Source of the DNA: an uncultured Spirochaetota bacterium
Lineage (GTDB): Bacteria > Spirochaetota > Brevinematia > Brevinematales > JAOACQ01
Reading direction: 5' to 3'
Assembly: GCA_963806975.1 (NCBI GenBank)
Contig: CAWEAK010000022.1
Coordinates: forward strand, 513-64,512
Length of the DNA: 64,000 bases
The notes beneath the pieces are model-generated. The model saw only the letters and a list, made by a program, of their open reading frames with translations. It searched no databases and was not told the origin of the DNA. A program made the translations under genes and the position numbers. This document shows positions 21,823 through 30,878 of the stretch, one piece after another. How positions within the stretch are numbered: position 1 is the stretch's first letter; each line of letters starts with the position of its first letter.

Positions 21823-23073
21823 ATGAGCCAACGAAGAATTGTAGTAACTGGAATGGGAACCATCAACCCCGTAGGATTGAATGTAGCGGCTTTCTGGGAT
21901 GGATTAAAAGAGGGTAAATCAGGTATTAAAAGAATAACAAATATCGATTTAAAGGATTCGCCATGTCTTATCGGAGGACAGGTTGATAATGCCGATTTTA
22001 ATCCGGAAAATTATATGGAAAGGAAACTCGTCAAGAGGATGGATCGCTTCAGTCATTTTGCGATTGCTGCCGTAAAAGAGGCTCTGGAGGACTGCGGGGT
22101 TTTAAAATCAGCAATTGATAAGGAAAGGATTGGGGTTGTTGTCGGTTCCGGAATTGGAGGTATTCAAACCTTTTACGATAACTCGGTAAAATTGTTCAAT
22201 TCCGGGCATAATCGAGTCTCGCCTATGATGATTCCAATGCTGATAAGCGACATTGCTTCAGGCTATATCTCGATTATTTATGGTTTCAGGGGACCGAATT
22301 ATTCTGTTGTTTCCGCATGCGCATCGGCCTCGCACAGCATCTGCAGCGCTTTTAACCACATATTTGTCGGGGATTCGGATATTGTTATTACCGGTGGAAG
22401 CGAGGCAGCAATAACAAACCTTGGGTTTGCTGGTTTTACTCAATCTTTAGCGCTTTCAATCCATTATAATGACAGACCTGAAAAAGCCTCAAGACCTTTT
22501 GACAAAGACAGGGACGGTTTTATTATGGCTGAGGGAGCTGGGATTTTAATCCTTGAAGAACTTGAACATGCAAAAAAAAGGGGAGTAAATATATATGCTG
22601 AACTGGTTTCTTATGGGGTCAGCGGCGACGCTCATCATATTACAGCGCCATGCCCCGATGGCAGCGGAGCGGCATTAGCCATGAAAAATGCCTTAAATAA
22701 GGCCAAGATTTCACCAACGGAAATCCAGCTTGTTAATGCTCATGGAACATCTACGGAACTTGGCGATATTGCCGAAACCAAAGCTATTAAATCAGTTTTC
22801 GGCAAGAACGCATATAAAATTAAAGTGAATTCAACAAAGTCCATGACCGGTCATTCCCTGGGAGCTTCGGGGGCAATTGAGGCTATTGCTGTAATAAAGA
22901 TGATTCAATCTGGAATTATCCACCCAACAATTAATCTGGAGAATCCCGATCCGGAATGCGATCTGGATTATGTTCCTAATAAAGCGGTAAGGTATGATGT
23001 TAATTACGCTATTAGTAATTCTTTTGGCTTTGGCGGTCATAATGCTACTCTGGTTTTTAAAAAATACTTATAA
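21823..23073 (+). CDS. fabF: Beta-ketoacyl-ACP synthase II
   Basis: RRIVVTGMG, SACAS, NAHGTST, KSMTGH, SNSFGFGGHN. Confidence 0.96.
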   Translation: MSQRRIVVTGMGTINPVGLNVAAFWDGLKEGKSGIKRITNIDLKDSPCLIGGQVDNADFNPENYMERKLVKRMDRFSHFAIAAVKEALEDCGVLKSAIDKERIGVVVGSGIGGIQTFYDNSVKLFNSGHNRVSPMMIPMLISDIASGYISIIYGFRGPNYSVVSACASASHSICSAFNHIFVGDSDIVITGGSEAAITNLGFAGFTQSLALSIHYNDRPEKASRPFDKDRDGFIMAEGAGILILEELEHAKKRGVNIYAELVSYGVSGDAHHITAPCPDGSGAALAMKNALNKAKISPTEIQLVNAHGTSTELGDIAETKAIKSVFGKNAYKIKVNSTKSMTGHSLGASGAIEAIAVIKMIQSGIIHPTINLENPDPECDLDYVPNKAVRYDVNYAISNSFGFGGHNATLVFKKYL

Positions 23074-23803
23074 ACCTCAAAAAATTTCAAAAGCCCGTCT
23101 AAAGAAACTGAAGGAATTATGCCGAAAACTCAATATAAGAGTGAGCGATTTTTCCATGCTCGACAGGGCGCTAACACATTCTTCGTGTATGGACAAAGCA
23201 AATGATTACTCCGATACATATGAAAGGCTGGAGTTTCTTGGCGATTCTATACTGAATGCTTCGATAGCCTATCATCTTTTCGTGAGTAATCCCAGGCTTA
23301 GTGAAGGCGGATTATCTTCGCTGCGTTCGAGCCTTGTCGATGAAAAGACCCTTTCCGAGCTGGCAATGATTTTTAATATTATTGATTATATCAATCTCGG
23401 CAAGGGAGAGACTCTCTCGGACAGCCGGGCTAAAGAAAAGGTCGCAGCCGATGTTATTGAAGCGATCATCGGAGTGATATTTATGGAGAAAGGCTTCAAT
23501 AAGGCTCGCGTTTTTGTGGAAAAATTAATGGAAAATGAGATTAAAAAGCGTTTAAAAACCGGAACAAGAGATTTTAAAACCCAGATTCAAAAATGGTCTA
23601 TTGCTAAATATAAAGAATATCCGGTCTATCAGGTTGTAAAAGAATCCGGACCGGATCATAACAAAATATTCGAGGTAAAGGTGCATATTCACAATGATGA
23701 ATATTCGGCCGTAGCTGCCGGAAGAACAAAAAAAGATGCTGAACAGAAGGCTGCCGAAAAGGTCTGGAGAGAAATCAAAAATAAATTGAACGATATGACT
23801 TAA
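23042..23803 (+). CDS. rnc: Ribonuclease III
   Basis: ALTHSS, ERLEFLGDS, C-terminal dsRBD (GPDHNK, KKDAEQKAA); start uncertain. Confidence 0.94.
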   Translation: MLLWFLKNTYKPQKISKARLKKLKELCRKLNIRVSDFSMLDRALTHSSCMDKANDYSDTYERLEFLGDSILNASIAYHLFVSNPRLSEGGLSSLRSSLVDEKTLSELAMIFNIIDYINLGKGETLSDSRAKEKVAADVIEAIIGVIFMEKGFNKARVFVEKLMENEIKKRLKTGTRDFKTQIQKWSIAKYKEYPVYQVVKESGPDHNKIFEVKVHIHNDEYSAVAAGRTKKDAEQKAAEKVWREIKNKLNDMT

Positions 23804-23820
23804 TCTTAAGGAAGCAGATT

Positions 23821-24708
23821 ATGATAAGAAGCATGACAGGTTTTGCCAGTGAATTTAAAAGCACCGATAAGTATGATGTTTCGATGGAAATAAAAAGCGT
23901 TAATTCCAGATACTTCGAGTTTAAATTAAAATCCAATTTTTCAATCGAAGAATGGGAAAATGAAATAAAAAACAGCATTTTTAATAGATTAAAACGCGGA
24001 AAAATCGATCTTTATATCAAAATTGTCGAGAAGGACGCCCAAAACTATAATATCGTGGTTAACTATGATCTTGCAAAAAAAGTTGAAGAGGCTCTGGTTT
24101 CACTTGCAAAGAAAGTAGATATAGTACCGGAACTGGCTATGAAAGATTTTATCTCTTTTGGCAGTATTCTTCAGATAGAAAGGATCGGCGGCTATGAAAA
24201 CCTTCTTGATACTATTCTTGTAATGTTAAATTCGCTGCTGGACAAAATTCTTGAAATGATGCTCTCCGAGGGAGAAAAAACAAAAGAGGATATTGAAAAG
24301 TCTCTTAATATTATAAATGACAGCAACTCAAATATTGAGATGATTTATCCCGAGAGTCTGGAAAAGTATAAAAAGTCTTTAAAAGAAAGGCTCCAGGAAC
24401 TTCTTCCGGAATCCGTCGAAGAGGCTTTGACAAACAACAGACTCTTAATGGAACTTGATTTAATAGCCTCAAGGACGGCTATTAATGAGGAAATAGTCCG
24501 TCTAAAAAGCCATTTAAACCAGTTCAGGAATATTCTCTCGGGGAAAACAGGCGGCGACAGCAAAAAACTTGATTTTATCGGCCAGGAAATGAACCGAGAG
24601 ACAAATACAATAGCCTCGAAATCGAACGATTACCAGATTATAGAAAATACAATAGTAATAAAGGGAGAAATAGAAAAAATAAGAGAACAATTAAGAAATC
24701 TGGAGTAG
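23821..24708 (+). CDS. yicC: YicC/YloC family endoribonuclease
   Basis: MIRSMTGF, KSVNSRY, EEIVRLKSH, QEMNRETNTIASK. Confidence 0.93.
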   Translation: MIRSMTGFASEFKSTDKYDVSMEIKSVNSRYFEFKLKSNFSIEEWENEIKNSIFNRLKRGKIDLYIKIVEKDAQNYNIVVNYDLAKKVEEALVSLAKKVDIVPELAMKDFISFGSILQIERIGGYENLLDTILVMLNSLLDKILEMMLSEGEKTKEDIEKSLNIINDSNSNIEMIYPESLEKYKKSLKERLQELLPESVEEALTNNRLLMELDLIASRTAINEEIVRLKSHLNQFRNILSGKTGGDSKKLDFIGQEMNRETNTIASKSNDYQIIENTIVIKGEIEKIREQLRNLE

Positions 24709-24709
24709 A

Positions 24710-25274
24710 ATGATGAATGGGGGAAAGATCATTGTCATTTCAGGCCCCTCAGGAGTGGGTAAAACTACCCTGTATAAAAAACTCCTTTCTGAATTTCCAG
24801 CCCTGTCATTTTCAACATCTGTCACAACCAGAGAACCGCGGCCCGGTGAAAGTGAAGGTTATGATTATTTTTTTATTTCTAAAGAAGAATTTAAAAGAAA
24901 GATAGAGAATAATGAGTTAGTTGAATGGGCGATTGTTTATAAAAACCTATACGGTACCTTGAGTATCTGAGGTTGTCAGAATTATCGAAGATGGGAAAAA
25001 CTGCCTTCTGGATGTTGATGTACAGGGCGGTATGAGCATCAAACAGATTTTTCCCGAAAGCATTCTTATCTTTATATCTCCTCCTTCAGTCAATGAATTA
25101 ATTAAGCGGATTAAAAAAAGACATTCTGATAATATGGAATCAATTAATACCAGAATGGAAAATGCCATCTCTGAAATGAATTATTCGGGAAAATACGACT
25201 TTGTCCTTGTTAATGATAACCTTGACAAGGCCTATGAAGAACTGAGAAAAATAATCCTAAAAATTACCGGATAG
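24710..25274 (+). CDS. gmk: Guanylate kinase (frameshift near 24960)
   Basis: SGPSGVGKT, TTREPRPGE, YGT, then DVDVQG and FISPPS in next frame. Confidence 0.93.
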
Positions 25275-26130
25275 ATTTCGAAGAACGGGTTATTTTTATT
25301 CCTGCATCAACAAACTCAAATTTGTTTCTCTCTATTTTAGCAAATTCCCCTGCAAAATCATCAAATTGCTTTATTTTTTCAGTATTGAAAGGGGTTTTAT
25401 TGATTACTACTCGCAGAACCATATATGCCTCGTCGCTTTTTTTCGGTAATTTAAACCTCATTTTTTCATTTTTTTCCGATAATGATAATTTTTGCCCTGC
25501 TTTTAAAAAATTATCCCGGTAAGTTCCTGCCGGAAAAAGAGTCTCACACTTTCCCGATTCTTCAATGCCGAATATTGAAACAAATCCGTCGTCATCAGAA
25601 GAAATTTCTATTTCCGGGATTTCTCCCTCAAAATATATCAGTTTACTTATAAAAACAGAAAGATTAAAATGCGGGTCTCTAATACCGGGAACCTTTTCAT
25701 AAGTTGCCTGTGCATAGATTGAAATTCTGGAACCGCCATTAACATTAGATACAATATCGGTTTTTATAACTGAAAACTCTGTAATATAACCCTCAACCCT
25801 TATTTCAAGAGAGCTCTGGTAGTATTGATAGGCATGGAGGCTCTCAAACATACCGCTTAAGAAAAACATCCTGCTTACTTTTGATCCCATAAACTGGAGG
25901 ATATCCATTTTAGCCCTGTCCTTCATCTGCTGGAGAGATTCATCCATCGGACTTGTTTCATCAAAATCCCTTACTTCTTTGACATAGATGTACTTGCCGG
26001 TGTTGGTAACAAACCCGGCTGGGCTCTTGTCAAGAAAATTGACAATCTCTGTACCCGTTTCAGCAAAAGCTAAAATCGGGAAACATAATAATAGGGAAAA
26101 AAATAAAACCTTCATTTTAAATCCTTTCAA
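25264..26130 (-). CDS. Exported protein with DUF4384-like C-terminal domain
   Basis: Signal peptide; DDGFVSIFGIEESG..TLFP pattern. Confidence 0.55.
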   Translation of the reverse strand: MKGFKMKVLFFSLLLCFPILAFAETGTEIVNFLDKSPAGFVTNTGKYIYVKEVRDFDETSPMDESLQQMKDRAKMDILQFMGSKVSRMFFLSGMFESLHAYQYYQSSLEIRVEGYITEFSVIKTDIVSNVNGGSRISIYAQATYEKVPGIRDPHFNLSVFISKLIYFEGEIPEIEISSDDDGFVSIFGIEESGKCETLFPAGTYRDNFLKAGQKLSLSEKNEKMRFKLPKKSDEAYMVLRVVINKTPFNTEKIKQFDDFAGEFAKIERNKFEFVDAGIKITRSSKSIR

Positions 26131-26386
26131 ATTTTTTAAGGCCTCAACATTGAAATCTCTTTTCTATAAAATTATAATTGTTTAACGGAAAAATGTCGAA
26201 AGATCGAATTTATTTCCAAAGGGTATGATACCCTTTGGAATCCCCGGTTATTATTAACGTATTTTTCGTAACCCATATATTGGAGCTTAATAACTCAAAC
26301 CGTAACTAAGGGATTACGATTTATAAAAAATTGGCAATTCGAATGAAGCAGTGATATAGTATTAAGCAAAAAAACAGGAGTCTGTT

Positions 26387-27403
26387 ATGAAACTATCGGA
26401 AATAGCAAAGGCCATCGGAGGAGAACTTACCGGGAATGAAGTTGAAATAACGGGAGTTTCAGACCTTGAAAACCAGAGTGAAAATACGATTGCATTTGCT
26501 GATAATAAAAAAAATCTGGAGTTCCTTCAAAAGACTAATGTCGCAGCTATTATTATTCAAAAGGGAATTGACTGCCCGGATAAGCCATCGATAAAAGTCG
26601 ATGAACCGAAACTTTCCTTTATAAAAGTCCTTGAAATCTTTAGCCCCTACAAACCCTATAATAACGCAATATATCCGAATGTCTACATAGAAAAAACGGC
26701 CAAAATCGGTAAAAATGTTACCATTCTACCCTTTACAAATATTATGGATAATGCAGTGATAGGTAATGATACTATTATTTACTCACAGGTTTTTATCGGA
26801 AAAAATGTCAAAATAGGAAATAATTGTCTTATTAAGTCCGGAGTAAAGATTGATGATGAAACTGTGATAGGAAATAATGTGATTATTCACCACAATTCAG
26901 TGATTGGCGGAGACGGTTTCGGTTACATTCAGAAAGACGGAAGGAATATCAAACTCCCGCAGACCGGTAGGATTATTATTGAGGATGATGTTGAGCTTGG
27001 TGCCTGTGTCACGATTGACCGCGCCACGATCGGCACAACCGTTATCGGCAGGGGTGTTAAGGTTGATAACCTTGTCCAGATCGCTCATAATGTAAAAATC
27101 GGAGAAAATTCAATTATTATATCGCAGACCGGGATCGGTGGAAGCACAAGTATCGGGAAGAACTGCATTTTGACCGGGCAGGTCGGAATCTCAGATCATG
27201 TCACCATTGGGGACAACGTCGTGATCCTGGCCGGGTCAGGCGTTGAGAGTAAAAAGGTAATCGAGTCAAACAAGGTTTTATCGGCGGCTTTCCTTCCAGG
27301 GATGTGATGGAGCAGAAACGGATCCATTTTGCAATGGACAGAGGCTCCTGAAATGTTAAAGACTCTGGCGAAGATAAAAAAGAAGCTTGGAATGGAGGAA
27401 TAA
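26387..27403 (+). CDS. lpxD: UDP-3-O-acylglucosamine N-acyltransferase (frameshift near 27285)
   Basis: Hexapeptide repeats, GGDGFGY, TIDRAT, KVDNLVQIAHN, GQVGISDH. Confidence 0.94.
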
Positions 27404-27406
27404 AAT

Positions 27407-27426
27407 TTTCAGGTATATACCTGAAA
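27407..27426. terminator. Perfect 20-bp palindrome between convergent lpxD and hgcB
   Basis: tttcaggtat|atacctgaaa. Confidence 0.5.
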
Positions 27427-27730
27427 TTAACAACAGCTCCCGTCTGATTCCTACCCGCTGCAGCCGCATTCAGCAGATTTATTACCGATTATTCCGCCGA
27501 TTACGGCGGCCGCGCATCCGACACCGGAATTGACTTCAATTGCCCCGGCAGGGCAATTGAGTCTGCAGGCCCCGCATTCCATGCAGACATCCCTGATTTT
27601 CATCAACGCCTTTTTATCCCTTAATCATAAATACATTGTGAGGGCATACTTCTATGCAGGTGCCGCATCCGGTGCATTTTTCAGCATCAACTACAAGGCT
27701 TTCGCCGTTCTTGATATATTTCCAGACCAT
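27427..27730 (-). CDS. hgcB: Mercury methylation ferredoxin HgcB (not in ORF track; +1 frameshift near 27620, in-frame TAG at 27451-27453)
   Basis: Hand translation MVWKYIKNGESLVVDAEKCTGCGTCIEVCPHNVFMIK/DKKALMKIRDVCMECGACRLNCPAGAIEVNSGVGCAAAVIGG...ECGCSG*ESDGSCC: two CxxCxxCxxxC motifs, CMECGAC, GVGCA, terminal CC. Confidence 0.92.
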
Positions 27731-27732
27731 CG

Positions 27733-28116
27733 TTATCTCCTTTCAATTGCTTGTATTATCATTATCCCAGAAACAGTAAAAATTACCGGACATAATTTAA
27801 ATGTTATAAAATCAATTTTAAAACCTGTAAACAATGATAATATTGCCATTAAGAATAACATAATCGATGATGATATATAAATCAAATTTGATATTTTATT
27901 ATTCTCTTTATTCATAATTGCGGTAATAAAAACAAGCGCCCCTATAAATATTAAGGTCAACCCTTCATTGACCCATTCCATTAAAATTATATTCTTATTA
28001 TTATCAGATAATATTCCATAAACACCGTTCGCGATAGTGATTGTCGGAATTAAATGAGAAACACCCCATAAGAAAGTTAATAATCCACCGATTATTACTA
28101 AAATTTTTGAAATCAT
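27733..28116 (-). CDS. Four-helix membrane protein of unknown function between hgcA and hgcB
   Basis: 127-aa hydrophobic ORF with GGAGG RBS, 2 nt from both neighbours. Confidence 0.8.
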   Translation of the reverse strand: MISKILVIIGGLLTFLWGVSHLIPTITIANGVYGILSDNNKNIILMEWVNEGLTLIFIGALVFITAIMNKENNKISNLIYISSSIMLFLMAILSLFTGFKIDFITFKLCPVIFTVSGIMIIQAIERR

Positions 28117-28118
28117 GA

Positions 28119-29147
28119 TTACCCTCCTATAATGTTAAGAATTTTCAAAATATTTAATACAATACCGCATATAAAAACCACAGCCATAACAGGCACCGAT
28201 GTTTTAACTTCAAGAGTCGCACCGGTTTGATTTGTAAATGTCGTCGAACCAGTAAAATTCAAAGATATAAAAGATATTACAGGCATAATTATCAATGAAA
28301 GTAAAAGGAAACCGTAAAGAGAAAACCTGAATATTAATGCCATTAACAAACAATACAAAAGCCCTAAAACGGCTCCCTTTAAAGAAAAAGCCTTAAAAGG
28401 CAAGTATGGAAGAAGAAGAGGAAATATAAAAACCCCGGCGAGAACTGAAACGATGTATTGAATAAGAATAACTGAGAGTCTTTGTATATAGTTTCTGTCA
28501 AAGGGTAAACTGAAAATAGAGCCCATAATTACGAGTGCAAGGATTAGCGTCATGCTTTGAACAAGTTCAACAGGCGCGACTGTAAGCCTCTCTTTCCAGT
28601 TAAAGCTAACTTCGCTCATCCCGGCGTCTTTTTTCATTCCATTAGCCATGAATTGTTTTATATCACAGGCCCTGACGGGGCCATATACTATTTTAAACTT
28701 TGTCATCATCCCGGCTTTATGAGCGGATACACCGACAGCGCCAAGTTGAGGCAAAATGACCGTCCTGTGCTTTACAATCTTTTCGAGTCCGGAATCAATT
28801 ATTCTTTTAGCAAGCTCAAATGTTCCGAATGTACCTTTACCGGCGGCGCACCAGACATTTATGCCTCGTGTATCAAGGACAATCAGCCAGGCGTCAAGAC
28901 CTTCGAGATTTTTTCTAACAATATCAAAAGTCAGTTTATAATTGGCCGTGGCGAATACAGGGGAATTTTCATCCGGATTACCGATCCCGTAAATACCCGG
29001 CAACACTTTGTAATTACCTCTGCCAATATCGAACCTTACCATAATATTCCCGAGACGGTCAATTAAAGTTAGCCTTGAGGATAATAAAGGAATTTTAAAT
29101 CCGGAAATTTCCGTAAACCCTTTGATATAGCTTTCATTATTGTTCAT
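28119..29147 (-). CDS. hgcA: Mercury methylation corrinoid protein HgcA
   Basis: TANYKLTFD, cap helix GINVWCAAGKGTFG, LPQLGAVGV, YGPVRA, C-terminal TM helices and NFTGSTTFT. Confidence 0.97.
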   Translation of the reverse strand: MNNNESYIKGFTEISGFKIPLLSSRLTLIDRLGNIMVRFDIGRGNYKVLPGIYGIGNPDENSPVFATANYKLTFDIVRKNLEGLDAWLIVLDTRGINVWCAAGKGTFGTFELAKRIIDSGLEKIVKHRTVILPQLGAVGVSAHKAGMMTKFKIVYGPVRACDIKQFMANGMKKDAGMSEVSFNWKERLTVAPVELVQSMTLILALVIMGSIFSLPFDRNYIQRLSVILIQYIVSVLAGVFIFPLLLPYLPFKAFSLKGAVLGLLYCLLMALIFRFSLYGFLLLSLIIMPVISFISLNFTGSTTFTNQTGATLEVKTSVPVMAVVFICGIVLNILKILNIIGG

Positions 29148-29593
29148 TAGAGACTCCTCAAATGATTTTTTCTGAGCGCATCCGAAAAAAGTTTGAAAGA
29201 TTCTATCACATTGGTATGTTTTTCTTCAGGTATATGTTGAAAGATATCAATATACACTTTATTCCATACAGTATTGATCTCACTGCTAATTTTCAGCCCT
29301 TTTTCTGTTAGACGCAAATTTGTATATCTCCTGTCTTCCTGATTTTCAGACCTTTCAATAAGCCCTGATTTAAACAATTCGTCCGCTGTTCTGCTCAAGG
29401 TGCTTTTATCCAGGTCCAATGCGAGGGATAGCTGCTTTATTGTCATTTCACCCTTTAATTCTATTTCCATAAGCATATGACATTGAGAAACAGTTACTCC
29501 ACAGCAGCAATTCCCGGATGAAAACTGTCTTTCAACTTCCCTTTCAATTACCCTTATGGCATTTCTAAAATTCCTGATTTTTAATTCATCCAT
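29147..29593 (-). CDS. MarR family regulator with CCCGVTxxQCH motif
   Basis: LDKSTLSRT...DRR..LRLTEKG; stop overlaps hgcA start (TAATG). Confidence 0.88.
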   Translation of the reverse strand: MDELKIRNFRNAIRVIEREVERQFSSGNCCCGVTVSQCHMLMEIELKGEMTIKQLSLALDLDKSTLSRTADELFKSGLIERSENQEDRRYTNLRLTEKGLKISSEINTVWNKVYIDIFQHIPEEKHTNVIESFKLFSDALRKNHLRSL

Positions 29594-29611
29594 TATTTAA
29601 CCCATTATTAT

Positions 29612-29655
29612 GTGTATATATCAACTATTGTAATATGCAACTATAATAATGTCAA
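29612..29655 (-). promoter_or_regulatory. Promoter/operator of MarR-hgcA-X-hgcB operon
   Basis: TTGACA-N17-TACAAT on minus strand (29655 to 29627), overlapped by repeated caactat half-sites. Confidence 0.7.
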
Positions 29656-29681
29656 TAATTTTTTTATACTTATTATTCTGC

Positions 29682-30677
29682 TTAAAATCCCAAAAGATCC
29701 AGTAAAGCCTTCTCGGGATGCCTGTTTTGTCCCTGATAGGGATAACTATGAATATGCAAAGCGGGATTGAAATTTAATTCAATGATAGCATAATTATTTT
29801 CATCCGGTTTTGCCTTGATGTCTCCAATGATAATATCTGCACCACATATTTTCGCCCCGACTGCTTTGGCAGCCCTTACAGCAATTTCTTTGTAGCCTGC
29901 ATGGACTTCATCTGTGAAATCAATGCTGTCGCCGCCGGTGCTGATATTGGAGTTTTTTCTTAAAAACACCTGCTCATCTTTTTTTGGGACATATTGAGCA
30001 TTTTTTCCCTGGTTTTCCAGGAATTCTAGTTCCATATCTCCTAAACTAATATATTCCAGAGGTGTTTTATAGCCTTTACCCCGCAGCGGATCACCATTTT
30101 TTATATCCACCAACTCTTCGATGTTATGGATTCCGTCGCCGGTGACATTTGCCGGTACCCGATGCAGGACCGCAATCACCCTTTCACCGATGATAAGGAA
30201 GCGGTATTCCCAGCCGTGAATGAATTCCTCAATAATTACGGAAGAATCGTTTTCAAAGGCTGTCTTCAGAGACTTTTTGTATTCCTCCATTGAAAAGCCT
30301 TGCTTCATTATACTGATACCAATCCCGAAATTGGTGTTGTTAGGCTTTACCGCAATATCTATTTTCTGGAATTCTTCATAACTTTTAAATGCCTTGCTGA
30401 TATCAGTATATAATTTTCCGCTGGGGACATGAATTCCATGCTCTTCCAGAATCGCCTTGGTGACATTTTTATTTTCCATTATGAGAGGAGCGATGTAGGT
30501 GTCGGCTGATGTCTGGGTAGCCTGTTTGATGTACTCCGTTTTATTTTCCCCAGTTAGCCGTACAAAGTTATCGTGCCAGTCCAGAACATCAACTTTAATT
30601 TTTCTTTTCAACGCTTCATGAATCAGGATTTGCGTTGATAATTCCAGGCCCCGGTAATTATTATCAAGAAATTCCAT
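29682..30677 (-). CDS. ATP-grasp glutathione synthetase module (C-terminal half of GshF/GshAB)
   Basis: LELSTQILI, VKPNNTNFGIGI, RVPANVTGDG, NSNISTGGDSID, IELNFNP. Confidence 0.88.
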   Translation of the reverse strand: MEFLDNNYRGLELSTQILIHEALKRKIKVDVLDWHDNFVRLTGENKTEYIKQATQTSADTYIAPLIMENKNVTKAILEEHGIHVPSGKLYTDISKAFKSYEEFQKIDIAVKPNNTNFGIGISIMKQGFSMEEYKKSLKTAFENDSSVIIEEFIHGWEYRFLIIGERVIAVLHRVPANVTGDGIHNIEELVDIKNGDPLRGKGYKTPLEYISLGDMELEFLENQGKNAQYVPKKDEQVFLRKNSNISTGGDSIDFTDEVHAGYKEIAVRAAKAVGAKICGADIIIGDIKAKPDENNYAIIELNFNPALHIHSYPYQGQNRHPEKALLDLLGF

Positions 30678-30878
30678 TGTATTCTCCCTTTAAGTAATTT
30701 CTTAAAAAGTGACGATTCGAATGAGCGCGATTCCCGCTGCTTTTATTATGTATTCATAGTATCTACAACACTTTATAAAATCTTATTTTATTACAGCAGC
30801 ATTATCAAGGGATGATCTAAGTACGTCAGGTCTTTTTATGTTCAATTCTTCCGTTATCCGCTTCTTCTGCACTCCATC

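Noticed and set aside
27530..27880. Plus-strand ORF with apparent Cys/His content
   Set aside because: Antisense shadow of hgcB and the membrane gene.
28830..28870. Selenocysteine-type HgcA cap helix
   Set aside because: The codon is TGC (Cys), not TGA.
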